NCBI RefSeq assembly: GCF_016433145.1
Contig: NC_058132.1
Coordinates: 250,837,621 to 250,901,620 of the forward strand
Direction: 5' to 3'
Source: Gracilinanus agilis
Lineage: Eukaryota
Length of the DNA: 64,000 nucleotides
The notes beneath the pieces were generated by a model. That model worked only from the letters and a program-made list of their open reading frames with translations. It did not search any database and had not been told where the DNA came from. How positions within the stretch are numbered: the first letter of the stretch is position 1; each line of letters begins with the position of its first letter. This document shows, piece after piece, positions 25,809-38,920 of this stretch. Both the position numbers and the translations under genes were made by a program.

Positions 25809-28800
25809 AAATATAAAATAATTTTGTTTAACAGAATCATAAATTGCTTAGAACATACTCTCACTTCTCCTTTCCCCTTCATTAATCCTGCTTGTCCCTC
25901 ACAGTAACTAAAACACTAACTTCAAGGATATGTCCCAGGGTTAGTACACATTTGGTCCAACTATTTATATCTTAATTACAATTAAAGTTCAAATTATAAC
26001 TCAGAGATTACTGAAGAGATTATCTACATTTAAAGATTTTATTATGTTTACTATTACTATCCTCACTAATTTGATATTCACATGTCTTTCATATAAAATC
26101 TGTATAGGACATCGAAGGGCAGAAACTACATATAATAATGCATCTTTATATCATCATTTGCGAATGTAAAAACATTTGTTAAATGCCTACTATGTCCCCA
26201 ACACTTTACTAGACACTAAGGATACAAAGACAATAAATGAAATAGGACTGGCTCTCAAGCAGCTTATATCCTGCAATGTCTTAGCCCATAAAGACATAGA
26301 TATTTCTTAAATGTTACTTTGGTGTATCTGTAATTTCACAGGCGTGGAATTTCTTCTACGCTATTTTATCTTGTATAATTTTTATCCGTATTTTCTCAAA
26401 AAAAATCCCCCATAAAGGATATGGTAACATACTAACAGTATTCTTTTTGTTTTAGTAGTGCCAAAATACCAATCAGATTACCCATGTGGTGTACCTAATT
26501 TTACTCTACAGCCAGTAAAACTCCCATTGTGGTTATATATATATATACTTCAATGGATCCATGACCTCCCTAGTACAAGTAATCTATATCCTATATTCAT
26601 ATAAGATACTTGCAATAAATGCAGAGGCTACTTCCTGGAAAATTTTAGAGATAAAAAAAGGAATATGTATAACTAATTGTTGATGTTTTCCTAATTACAT
26701 TTTCAATAAAAATTCTCCATGATCTTTTATCCTTTGGAAATCTTATGCTCCTTGAGATATCCTGAAAGGCTAATCCCAGAATACCTTCAAAATCTTAATA
26801 CCTCTAGAACTGAGTTCTTATCTACAAGTCTGTTCAAGTCCAGATATTCTTTCCAACTTCATCTTCTTTTAAGGGCCACTGTCATTTCTTCAAAAAATAT
26901 ATAGGGATCTCATGCCAATTTCTCTCAGCAGGCTCTTCTTTTCAATGTTTTGAGATGCCATTGCTCACAGTTTTCCACCATCCCTTGTAGTATTTCACAA
27001 ATGGGTTCATATTCTAAACAAGAATTGCCCTTGGCTTCCATGTCTCTGCAGGCAAGGAGAACAAGTGTTTGCTTATTTTTCAGGCTCTTTTGGCCACCTC
27101 AGTGTTCCGATTGTTTTTCATTAGTTATACTTCTAAAGTAAAGATGTTGTTTAAAGAAGTTTGGTTAGTTATTTGACTAGGACAACTCATTTGTTAGATG
27201 AACAAAACTTAGAAATAGTAACCAAAAGAATGACCCCAAACTTCCACTAAAGTTAGCCTGCTAGGACTATTTGTTAGTGACCTTGTATTCTACAAAGCTA
27301 TATCAGAATATAAGTTCTAGCATGACATAAGCTTGAAAAGGCTGATATAGGCTCACTGATGAATTACCTGTTATCTGAGGACAAGAGAAAAGCTCATCAT
27401 CAAAACTTTGTCCAGTAGGGAATTGTAGTTTTGATAAGAGCAACTTATGAAGATCATCTAACTGAGGTATAGATATTTCAATCTAAATCAGTGTAGGGAG
27501 TATCCATATCAATTAAACCACAGATCATTGTACTACTGTTACTAATTTACATAATCATTCTGAAACAAAAAAATTTCTGATTAACCCTCAATTACACAGA
27601 ACACCTCATTCAACAAGCAGATGTTGATAAAAATTTTCATATATATATCTTGTTAATATTTCTGGAGAATGAAATATTCCACATATATTAATTTTCCATA
27701 TAACCAAAGGCTTAACCTTTATAAAGCAAAAGAACTTTAATGGAAATATAAAATGATAAACTACTTCACTTGTTTTCTTAAATTATATTCAATATATTCT
27801 ACTTAACATTTTCTTTACTTCACCAAGTCTTATAAGTTCTGCTTGCCTTGACAGTCAATTAGCCTCGGGCTAATCACTACCTGAAGTAACTTGTCACTTC
27901 TCCAAGCCTATCTCCAGGAGAATCCTATCCAGACACACCCCTTCCTGCAACAGGATCTACACAGAAAATTAGAAAAAGCAATTTTGTTTAAATGTAAGTA
28001 AAAAGTTTGGATTCCATAAAGCTTTAGTGATATACCTTTATCACTTTATGATACACCTTTAGAATGCTCAGAAGCCTTGCTGATTAATTCTTAGTTCCTA
28101 AAATAATGTACTTCCAAGTAAATCAAGTATACTTATGTACCATGTGCTAGTATATAACAAACACCCACACATCTACACACTTTACATAAAACTAACACCA
28201 AAAAACCCCTATCAGTAAAACTTTAATGCCATCAGATTTAACATATTTAGAAGCACTTATTCTTCAAGTTACTCAGAAAACTTTGAAAACTGTTTTAAAA
28301 TGCAAACAAGTTATAGTCTTCATTATTTCCTTATCTAATTAAAATTAGTGACAGAATCTTAACAAAATTATCTTGAAAGAAATACAACATACTTTCAAAA
28401 ACATAGATCCAAAAATCTAGGGAAACCAAAGTTCAGCTTTAATATGTAACTTAGAAAAACAGCAGAGATAACCTACTAGTCATGAAGAACGGAGTTCACT
28501 AGCTCTGTGAAGATGGAGCTGTCAACTAACCTTTCTGAGCTTCAAGCAAGGATCTTAAGTCTTGGGTTATAGACATGTTCTCATCTACTATTGGTAAGAG
28601 CTATACTCCAAAGCCAGGTATACTCAAGAAAATTACATGTTCTTAAGGTTCACAGAATCATAGATTCAGAGCTGGTGGGGATTGTACAGTCAAATCAACA
28701 AGCATTTTTAAGAATCTCCTCTATATAAGGTACTTGCTAAGCTCTAGAGATATAAAGAAAGGTAAAGAGTCCTTGCTTTCAAGGAGTTCAGCGTAATGAA

Positions 28801-29545
28801 GGGAGACAACATGCCAACAACTATGTACAAATAAAGTGTTTACACGATAAAGATAAACTCAAAGGGAAGGCACTAGCATAAAGGGAGTTCAAGAAAGGCT
28901 TCCTATAAATGGTGAGATTCTACTTGAACCTTTAAAGAAGCCAGGGAAGCCAAGAATGAAGATGAGAAAAGAGGGCATTCTAGGCATGGAGAGCAGTCCG
29001 TGAAAATGCCTAAAGTAGGGAGGAATGTCTGTGTAGAGGAAGAGCAAGGGAGGCCACTATGTATTGCTGGATGGTACAATATGTGGAAGGAAGTAAGGTA
29101 TAAGAAGACTGGAAAGGCAGGAAGGGTCCAGATTATAAAGGGCTCTGAATGTCAAATGGATAATTTCATATTTGATCCTCCTGTAAATAGAAATTTTAAT
29201 CTTACATCCTAGAGGTGAAAGGTAAGTTTATAGAATGGGGAGTGTGACTTGGTCAGACTTGCATTTTAGGGAGATCAGTTTGATAGCAAAATGGAAGATG
29301 GAACAGGAAAACACGCAGGCTATTGCAACAGTCTAAGCATGAAGTGATGAGGGTCTGCAAACCCTAATTTCCCCTTTTACAGATGGCAACAGTCTCAGAT
29401 AGAGAGAGCAGGATATGAGATATCAAGAGGGCCTTTGAAACAGACTGGATATAGAGAGTGAAAGTAAAGATCAGAGGATGATACCATGATTGTGAGCCTG
29501 GGTAACTGAGAAGTTGGTGGTAGATTCAGGAATAATAATAAAATC

Positions 29546-29754
29546 GGGGCAGCTGGGTAACTCAGTGGATTGAGAGCCAGGCCTAGAGACAGAAGGCCCT
29601 AGGTTCAAATCTGGCCTCAGACACTTCCCATCTGTGTGACCCTGGGCAAGTCACTTGACCCCCATTGCCTACCCTTACCACTCTTCTGCCTTGGAGCCAA
29701 TACACAGTATTGACTCCAAGACGGAAGGTAAGGGTTTAAAAAAAAAGAAGAAGA
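29546..29754 (+). mobile_element. SINE1_Mdo-like SINE at the L2/L1 junction
   Basis: Near-consensus copy; TSD aaaatc. Confidence 0.93.
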
Positions 29755-31450
29755 AAATCACATAAATCAGCATTTCTATATTTTCCAACAAAGTTCAGCA
29801 GCAAGAAATAAAGAAATTCCATTTAAAGTAACTATACAATATGAAATAGTTAGAAATCTACTTGCCAAGATAAACACAGGAATTACATAAACAAAATTAC
29901 AAAATAATTTTTCATACAAATAAAAAGTCAGATCTAAACAACTGGAAAAATAATTGCTCAGATGTAGGCCAAGCTAATATATAAAAAAAGGCAATTCCAC
30001 CTAAATTATTCAGTGCCATACCAATCAAACTAACAAAAAATTATTTATAGGACTAGAAAAAATAATAAAAGATGGAGAAAATAAAGGGAATTTAGTGGAG
30101 GAAAAAATGTGAGGGAAGGTGGCCTAGCTGTACCAGATCTTAAACTGTAATAAAAAGCAGTAATCATCAAAATAATCTGTTACAGGCTAAGAAACAGAAG
30201 GATGAATCAATGGAATAGATTAGGGGTAAAATGACCTCAGCAATCTAGTGTTTGATAAACCCAAAGATCCCAACTTTTGGGATAAGAATTCACTATTTGA
30301 CAAAAAATGCTGGGAAAATGGAAAACAGCATGGCAAAAACTAGATATAGACCAATATCTCACACCCTACCCTAAGATGATTTAGACATAAAGGGTGATAT
30401 TATGAGTAAATTAGGGGAACAGCTTTCTCTGATAAAGGTCCAATTTCTCATATAGAGAACTAAGTCAAATGTATAAGAATACAAACAAGCAGTTTTCAGA
30501 TGAAGAAATCAATGCTATTAATCATATGAAAAAATGTTCTATATCACTCTTGATCAGAGAAATGTAAATTAAAACAGCTAAGGTACCACCTCACATCCAT
30601 CAGATTAGCCAAAATGACAGTAAAGGAAAGTAATAAATGCTGAAGGGGATATGGCAAAATTGAGACATTTAACATATTGTTGGGTGAAGTTGTGAACTGA
30701 TCCAAACATCATGGCAGGAAATATGGAACTATACCTGAAGGGCATACCCTTTGATCTAGTAATACTACTACTAGGCTTGTATCCCAAAGAGATAAAATGA
30801 AAAAGGACAAAGGACCTACATTTCTACAAAGATATTTATAGCAGATCTTTTTTTGTGGAGGCAAAGAACTGGAAATTGAGGAGATGCCCATCAATTTAGG
30901 AATGGCTAAACAAAGTGTGGTATGCGATGGTAATGAAATACTATTGTGTTGTAAGAAATGATGAGCAGAATGATTTTAGAAAGAGCTGGAAAGACCTACA
31001 TGAAATGATGCAGACTGAAATAAGCAGAACCATAAGAACACTGTACCAGTAACAGCAATCTTGTAGGATAATCAAGTGTGAAAGACTCAGATACTTTAAG
31101 CACTACAAGGTTCCAGGACAATTCTGAAGGACTTATGACAAAGACTGCTATCCACCCTCTGGAAGAAAGAACTGTTGAAGTCAGAATGCAGATCAAAGTA
31201 TATCTTTTTTCACTTTAGTTTATTTGGGTTTTTATTTGGGGATTTTGGTTTTATATGAGTATTCTCTTAAACAGTAAACAATATGGAAATGGGTCTTGAA
31301 TGATAATACACATATAACCCAGATCAAATTGTTCACCATCTCTGGAAAGGAGGAGGGAAGGAAGAGAGACAATTTAGAACTTAAAACTTCAGAAAATTTA
31401 TATAAAAATTGTTATTACATGTAATTGGTAAAATAAATTATCTTTTAATG
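29755..31450 (+). mobile_element. 5'-truncated L1 (ORF2 3' half and 3'UTR)
   Basis: cataaatcagcatttctata...gtgtttgataaacccaaagatccc...ttgtatcccaaagagat...atgtaattggtaaaataaa; many stops. Confidence 0.85.
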
Positions 31451-31743
31451 AAAATAAAAAGAGTAATAAGAGAAGGATTTGTGGGGAAAAGATAAAAAGT
31501 TCCATTTTGGACACAAGTTTGAGATGCCTACAGATGGAGATGCAAGACTGGAAATCAGGAGAGAGGTTAAGGTTGGATAAGTAAGTAGGTATGAGAGAAC
31601 AAGTGAAATAGTATAGAATAATATAGTGGCAAAAGAGAAAAGCGCTCTGGACAAAGCCTTAGGAATACCCACAGTAAGCAAGCATGAAGCCAGCAAGAGA
31701 TTAAGGAGGAGTAATTAAAAGGCAGTTAGGAAAAAAAAAAAAA

Positions 31744-31932
31744 GGCAGTTAGGTAGCACAGTGAACAGAGCTCCAGACCTGCAGCTGGAAGGACCTGGGT
31801 TCAAATGTGACCTGAGATACTTCCTAGCTGTGTGACCCTGGGCAAGTCACTTAACCTCTATTGCCTAATCCATAAGGCTCGTCTGCCTTAGATACTTATA
31901 GATTCTAAGACAGAAGGTAAGGGTTTTAAAAA
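31744..31932 (+). mobile_element. SINE1_Mdo-related SINE
   Basis: Head ggcagttaggtagcacagtg, core, tail gacagaaggtaagggttttaaaaa. Confidence 0.85.
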
Positions 31933-33002
31933 ATAAGGAGCAATCAGACAGCTGGGGAAGGTGGAGGGGAGAGGGGGAGAGAAGAAGAGAGGGACAGAGA
32001 AAGAAAAGGAGAAGGAAGGGGGAGGAGGAAGAGAGGAGGTATCATGAAAACCTAGAGAGAAGATACTGGTAGATCCTCTTGGATTCTAAATACTCCTATT
32101 CTTAAAGGAGATCATCAACATCCTAATCATCACCCTAGTTTTATAACCTCACAGTCTTTTAATCTTTCTTCAGTTCTTAAAATTCTAATCAGTACATCTT
32201 CCCCACCCTACTATTCCTTTCTCTCCTCCACTTACAATGCCCCAATAATCTCTCCCCTAGACAGCTATAGTAGCTCCTTGTTCTACAAGCTTCCTAGCTC
32301 TTTCCCCCAATTTCTACTTCATTGAACTGCTAACATAAACTTTACTGAGGCACAAGTCTGACCATATCATCCTGCTCAAAAATCTTCAATGGATCCCTAT
32401 TGCTTCTGAACTAATAAACTCTTCAGCCTGACATTGAAAGTCCTTCATAATCTGGCTCCACTCTACTTTTCCAGACTTATTTCATCACTACTCTTCTTCT
32501 ACACTAAGCTGCAGCTAAACTAGTTGATTTCTGAACTTGACACCCTTATCTGCAATGCCTTGACACAGGCTCTTTCCTATCCACGGAATGTATTCCCTCC
32601 TCACAAGCATTTCTTAGAATTCTTCAAGATTCAGGTGTCACTTTCTACAATTTCTCCTAATTCTCCTTGGTTCAACTTCACATAATACAGTTGTTAATAC
32701 TCACTTCTTCAATTACATTTATTTATCTGTTTATGTGCTTTATCATCCTGGTAGACTAAGTTCCTTGATCATGGGGCTCATAAAGAACAAGTTGTGCCAG
32801 ACAAATCTTGACAAAAGAATATTTTTGTCAATATTATCAGAAAGTTAGCTTAAGGGAATATTGTTAATATAGCATACTTAAATAAGGAAATCTCCATTCT
32901 GGCTTCCTTTCTTTCTGAGTTGATAGACAGTAGTTATCCCAGTCCTCCAGCCACAACAATGTTATTGACCTAACTATTGCAATATTAAAAATCTCTATTA
33001 TT

Positions 33003-33205
33003 GGGGGCAGCTGGGTAGCTCAGTGGATTGAGAGCCAGGCCTAGAGATGAGAGGTCCTAGGTTCAAATCTGGCCTCAGACACTTCCATCTGTGTGACCCT
33101 GGGCAAGTCACTTGACCCCCATTGCCTACCCTTACCACTCTTCTGCCTTGGAGCCAATACACAGTATTGACTCCAAGATGGAAGGTATGGGTTTAAATAA
33201 AAAAA
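33003..33205 (+). mobile_element. SINE1_Mdo-like SINE near exon 2
   Basis: Near-consensus copy; TSD aaaatctctatta. Confidence 0.93.
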
Positions 33206-33433
33206 ATCTCTATTACTCCTTTCTTTTATATTCTATAGCTACCTTCTTTATAGTACAATGTAAACTGGCTCATATGAAAGTAGAAAGTTGTAAAGCAGTT
33301 ATAGAAAATTATATGTATAAAAGTTACAAAGTTCTCCCACAAATGAATCCTACCTCAATATAAAATAAGCAACTTTTAAGAAGTGTACATATTCCAAGAA
33401 CACAGAATTTAAAATATCTAAAATTGATCATAC

Positions 33434-33538
33434 CTAATTTAAGTTGAATTGCTTCATTGGTGTTACACTTGTACTCTGCCAGCTTCTTCTCCATAGCACT
33501 CTTGTATTCCACTAAAAATTTTTCCACTGCACCAAATC
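33434..33538 (-). CDS. HAT1: HAT1 exon 2 (105 nt), GFGAVEKFLVEYKSAMEKKLAEYKCNTNEAIQLKL
   Basis: Acceptor tttcccctacag|GA, donor TTAG|gtatga. Translation is near-identical to human HAT1 residues 3-37 as recalled; visible inside ORF 33324..33569. Confidence 0.97.
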
Positions 33539-36178
33539 CTGTAGGGGAAAGGGAGAGGATCAAAAGCACTTGATTAGAAGTTATTTAAATGCTAAGTAAA
33601 ATTATAAATCAGAATAATATTAGGGAAGCTAAAGTCAAAACATAAAAACTATTAAAATCTCAAATTATGGCAATAAATAGTAAAAGTAGCAAAAATCATA
33701 CCCAATAATTAAGACATTTGGAATATGCCCTGCAAATGGTGCTTAAAAATAGCTGGCTTTTGTATAGAGCCCTAAAGTTTGCAAACCACTTTACAATGTG
33801 AATACAACCACAGACCTAGAATTAGGAAAACCTGAATTCAAATCAAGCCTCAGAAACTTACTAGCTGTGTAACTCTGGGCAAATCACTTAATCTTTGCTT
33901 GTTTTCCTCGTCTATAAAATGAGGATAATAATAGCATGTACCTTACAAGATTGTTGTAAGCATCGAATGAGACTATAATTGCAAAGCATTTAGTGCTATG
34001 CCTCACTTATAGTGATGTATAAATGTTAGCTATTATCATCATCATCATTATTATATATTCACAACAATTCTATAAAAGTAGATAAAATTATTGTTCCTAC
34101 ATTAGATAAGGAAACAAAGGCTGAGAGATTAAATTACTTGCCCACAAGCAAGCCAGAAGATACCTGAAGGAGGACAGGAAATAGTTACATGTAATTGAAG
34201 AAAAAACCTAAATGTCCAATAATAACAAAAAGGTTAAATTGTGGCACATTTTGAGAGGCAAAATAGCAGAGTGGATAGAAAGCAAAACCAGGAGTAAGGA
34301 TGATTCATGAATATAAAGTAAAAAATAGCTGATGGTCCAAATTGCTCCAGGGAAATTCTTCATTGCAAAATCTCCCTACACCAAACAAGTCATATATGCA
34401 GGCCAAAATCAATTAATGGAATGAAGTATAACCCAATTAAGATTTTTAAGTTGCTAAGCAAATTTAGTTGATTACATTGATATTCAGTGTTAAGGTTCTG
34501 ATTTTAAAAATGAATAAAAAGAACTTGTCTCAAATCAGAGTCAGCACAGCATAGTAGATGGGGAGCTGACTTGAATGTCAGAAAGATGTGGATTCAAGTC
34601 TACTTCTGACACAGAGCCATGTGAAGTCATTAGTCTCTCAGTGTCTGGGGCACTAAACTATGTACGATGTATAATACTTATAAGATATAATTTGTAGAGA
34701 AGATGACTCTGTACCAATAAAATCAAAGCTCACCCCAAGCTCCTTTTATTAATTAAAGTTTTACATTTCTTTTAGCAATTTCACAAAATGAAAGGACTCA
34801 ATATTTTAAAAAGAGGATGCTTACAAAGTAGACTTTCTTTATATATTAATAAGTCTGAAAATATCAGAACACAGAGCTCTTCTTTAGTCAACATATAGTG
34901 ATATATTTCATACTATACAAACCTGTTTACAGTGATTTCCCTGACAGGATTTACATCTACACAGTGTTTTCCAAAACACATGCAGTGCCAATGGCATGTC
35001 TTAAAATGTCAAAGATCCAGTTACTCTCAAAAAAAAGGAAGGGGGGGGGAGAAAATTGTGTTTGGCAACTACTATATATTTCATTTTTAATGCTGGAAAA
35101 AATACTGCTGGGGCAGGAATGGCTAATGCACATTATCAATTGTGTACTATTAAGGTGACAAAGCAGCTTTCATATAAAACATGGCTTTCAAACAAAATCT
35201 TTACTGTTTAGCCAATATAGACAAATGAAGGAATAAAACAAGACTTACACACCATATCCAGTGATCTAACAAGTTTTGGCTACCAATTATTAGACAAGAG
35301 CTTTGGCAGGAACTAAGCATATTTGGTCAACTTCCCAAGGTAACTAAATCACCCTACTTCAGCCCTTCCTTTATACTTGCAAAACTTAGAAGTAGTAAAA
35401 AGGCCAAAGTACTTGGAGTCAGAAAACCTGACTTTCATTTAACAGTTCTTCAAATTGGCTTTGTGACTCTCGATAAGCCACAACCTTAACTTCATCATCT
35501 AAAAAGTGAGTATAATTATACTTATAATCCACATACCACTACACCTCCCCTAACAAGGCTTTTCTGAGGAAAGTAAATTTATGACCCTAAAATGTTATAT
35601 AACTCAAGTATTGAATCAAATAATGGTTTGTCATCAACTTGGCAAAAAGCAAAGAAACTTGGGTCATTCGTTTTAAACAATATAGCCTTGGAGGAGAAAA
35701 AGTTGTGAATTGTAACATCCTACAAAAAAGACAAAATGATTTTTCTTACAACCCTGTGAGGTAGAAAGCACAATTTATAGGCAAGGAAACTGAGGCCCAG
35801 AAAAATTAAAAGAAGGAGGAGCGTTATATAGCTAATATCAGAAGAATTTTAACATGGGCCTTCTAGGTCCAAATCTGGTGTACTTTTTTCCTAAGTCATG
35901 CAGCTTCTCATCAGGTCTGTCTAAGCCTGTCTAGCTAGCTTGGCAGGACCTGCCAGTGCTTGTATTCTTTTGGCATGACCTTTGAAGAGGAGATAATATT
36001 GCTAAATTAAAGTCACTCCCACAGTAAGCTGGATAGCTTTGTTGAAATCTTTTAGCTTAAGACTCAATGCAAAAATTTGGCCTTCATGTCAATTTAAAAG
36101 AACAATGGCTTTGCTGCCATTTTACAATTGCTGCCAATGTCGAATTTCATTATTTTCAAAGTAGCAGTATTACTCAAG

Positions 36179-36180
<2 letters not shown>

Positions 36181-36228
<48 letters not shown>
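36181..36228. repeat. (TC)24 microsatellite
   Basis: Uninterrupted TC dinucleotide run. Confidence 0.97.
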
Positions 36229-36230
<2 letters not shown>

Positions 36231-36408
36231 CCCACCCCAAGATTTTTAAGTATCACTAAAATATCCATAAATGTTAAATATCTGCTTCTAGGTCATGTCA
36301 GTTCATAACTTATCTTCCTTAAGGAATTCTACATAAGTGAAACTGACAGACAAAAAAAGAGCTTAAAAAAAGACTAAATTCTATTAACAATTTTAGAGAA
36401 TAAGAACA

Positions 36409-36670
36409 GAGGCCACTAAGTAGCATGGCAAATATAGTGGCGGGCCTAAAGTCAGGAAGCCCTGAGCTCAAACCCAACCTCAAACACTTAATAGCTATGT
36501 GACCCTTGGCAAGTTATTTTACCCTCTATTTGCCTCAGTTTCCTCAACCATAAAATGGGGATAATTATAACATTTTGCAAGGCTGTTGTGAAGATCAAGT
36601 GAAATAATATTTGTAACAAAAGTATTTAACAAAGCACCTGGAACATAGTAGATGCTGGACAGGTGCTTAT
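36409..36670 (+). mobile_element. MAR1/MIR CORE-SINE
   Basis: aagtcaggaagccctgagctcaaaccc...tgtgacccttggcaagtt...tttgcctcagtttcctc...cacctggaacatagtagatgct. Confidence 0.78.
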
Positions 36671-37599
36671 TCACTCCCTACAATTTTTCCCTCTCTTATT
36701 AGAAACAAACTCATTAGAAACTATTTTCTTAAGACGTTATATAAAAAGAGTAGAATGAATAAAGTAGAAAATATTACTTAGTTCTCCTTATCACTAGTTT
36801 TGAAAAGTATATAAATTGAAACAGATAAATTATCTTAAAAATTCAAGATGCTGTTGATTTTCTTTGTATAATCTGTTACCAGAAATTCTACACATTACCT
36901 AAAACTAAAATGCTGCACATATCTGCAAAATATCTGTGGTATCAAAATAATGGAAAATATCATGTGTGGTGACAAGACAGTACAAAGAAAGAGTTCCATG
37001 CTTCAGTGTTAGACTCCTAATTCTTCCTAACAATTAAAGCTAACCAAAAGTGGAAAAAGATTCAGAAGTTTAAAGATTTAGAGCTCTAAGAGAGCTCAAA
37101 GAAAGACAATCGAATCCAACTCCTTCATTTTACAGATGAGGAAACTGAGGATTACAGATATTAAATGGCTTGTCCAAGTTTACCTTGGTGCTGAGACAGA
37201 ATTCCAATTCCATTCCTAACTTTCCAATTTCATATTATTTCTAGAGTACTGTTCTATGTCTATTGTTATGGGTTCCTGTTCTCTTAAAATCTTCAAGAAA
37301 AGAATGGATGACCACTTACTGGCTATTTGTCTACTGCAGATAATTTTTCAGGCAAAAATTGCATTAGATGGCCAAGTCCCCTTTCTACTCTGAAATTCTA
37401 TGAATCACTGAGTCCAGGTTTTGTTACTTATTGACTGGCATAGGTCCAAACCTCAGGTTTCTCATCTCTAAACCTAAAGTGGTTGATAATATAGCCCTCT
37501 GCTCCCTGTACTGTCAAGATACTGCTTTTTCCTATCTTGCTACTCCTCAGTCTCCTTAGCTGGATTCAAGTCCCACTCCCGCCTGAGAGTATTAGCCAA

Positions 37600-37850
37600 G
37601 GTCTTTCTCAGTTGTTTCTGGCGTTGTTCATTGGTGTCTGGCTCTTCCTGACCCCATTTGAAGTTTTCTAGGCAAAGATACTGGAGTGGTTTGCCATTTC
37701 CTTCTCCAGATCATTTTACAGATGAGGAAACTAAAGCAAATAGAATTAAGTGATTTGCCCAGGGTTAGTTATTATCTGGAACTAGACAAACTCAGGTCTT
37801 CCAAACTCTAGGTACAGCTCCCAATTCACAATGCTACCTAAGTGTCCAAA
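37600..37850 (-). mobile_element. MAR1 SINE with RTE-type tail
   Basis: ggcaaagatactggagtggtttgccatttccttctccag...ttttacagatgaggaaact. Confidence 0.8.
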
Positions 37851-37859
37851 GCTCTTCCC

Positions 37860-38920
37860 TAAACTTTCTCTTCACTCCCACAGCTATAAAGGGCTCAATT
37901 AGCATCTCTATACAGATGATTCCCAGGTCTATTTATCCAATCCAATTCTCTCTTCTAAACTCAAGAGGTCTCACAAAATACCAAAAGCCCCCAAGACATC
38001 TCTATTTTAAAAGTCCTACAGGCATTTCAAACTAAAATTCATTATTTTCCCCTAAAACCTACCCTAGTTGCTAATTTATCTATTTCTGTTGAGAAAGCCA
38101 CTATCCTTCAATCTCAAAGTCATCCTCTAGTTTTCATTCACCTTCAACCTCTATGATCATTTGCCAATTTTGGTAGATTCTACCTATGTAACATCTCTCA
38201 AATTCATCCTTTTCTTCCATTCTCTGTAGTTCAGGATCACACATTATTGGGAACTATTATACCAGCTTCCTATTTGGCCTTCTGGATCAAAAAGCTTCTT
38301 TGTCTCTCCATTCCCTATAGAATAAGATATAAATTCTTGGAAATTGACAAACAAATTTATACAATCATCACCTTTTCGGTTGAACTCCTAACTAATTTTT
38401 CTATATCAAGTCTTTTTTCCTTTCCAGTCTACCCTCCCCAAAAAGTTCAGATCTGTCACATCCTCCCTTAATAAATTCCGCTGGCTCTCAAATTACCTCC
38501 AGGATCAAATATAAAGTCTCTATGGTAGCATTTATTAAAGTACTTCACAACCAGGATGTTCCCATTTTTTCCAGTTTTCTTAACATTTTACTCCCCACAT
38601 TACAATCTATGTACATATGTATAGCTATTCTGACTTGCTGTTCTTGCACAAGACACTACATCTGGCCATCTCTCATTTCTGTGCTTTTGCAGTAACTGAC
38701 CCCTCATTCCTGGAACACTTTCCTGCTACACCTCTGCCTCTTAGAATCCCTGGCTTCCTTCAAATTTTAACTCGAAATCCTACCTTCTGCAGGAGGCCTT
38801 TCTGAGTTCCCTTAGCTGTTAGAAAGGTCACCTTCCAAACTCCTTAAAAGTAGGAAACTTTACTTTCTTTGTATCCCCAGCCCTTAGTATGTTGTCTGTC
38901 ACATTTAAGCACTTAATGTT
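37860..38920 (+). mobile_element. L2 3' fragment
   Basis: gcatctctatacagatgattcccagg...gtatccccagcccttagtatg...aagcacttaatgtttgc. Confidence 0.7.

Larger units (their letters stand above)
28690..32060 (-). mobile_element. L2 remnant split by an L1 and two SINEs
   Basis: L2 3' tail at 28690; ORF 31445..31696 (LTVGIPKALSRALFS) is a decayed L2 RT motif (TVGVPQGSVLGPLLFS). Confidence 0.72.
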
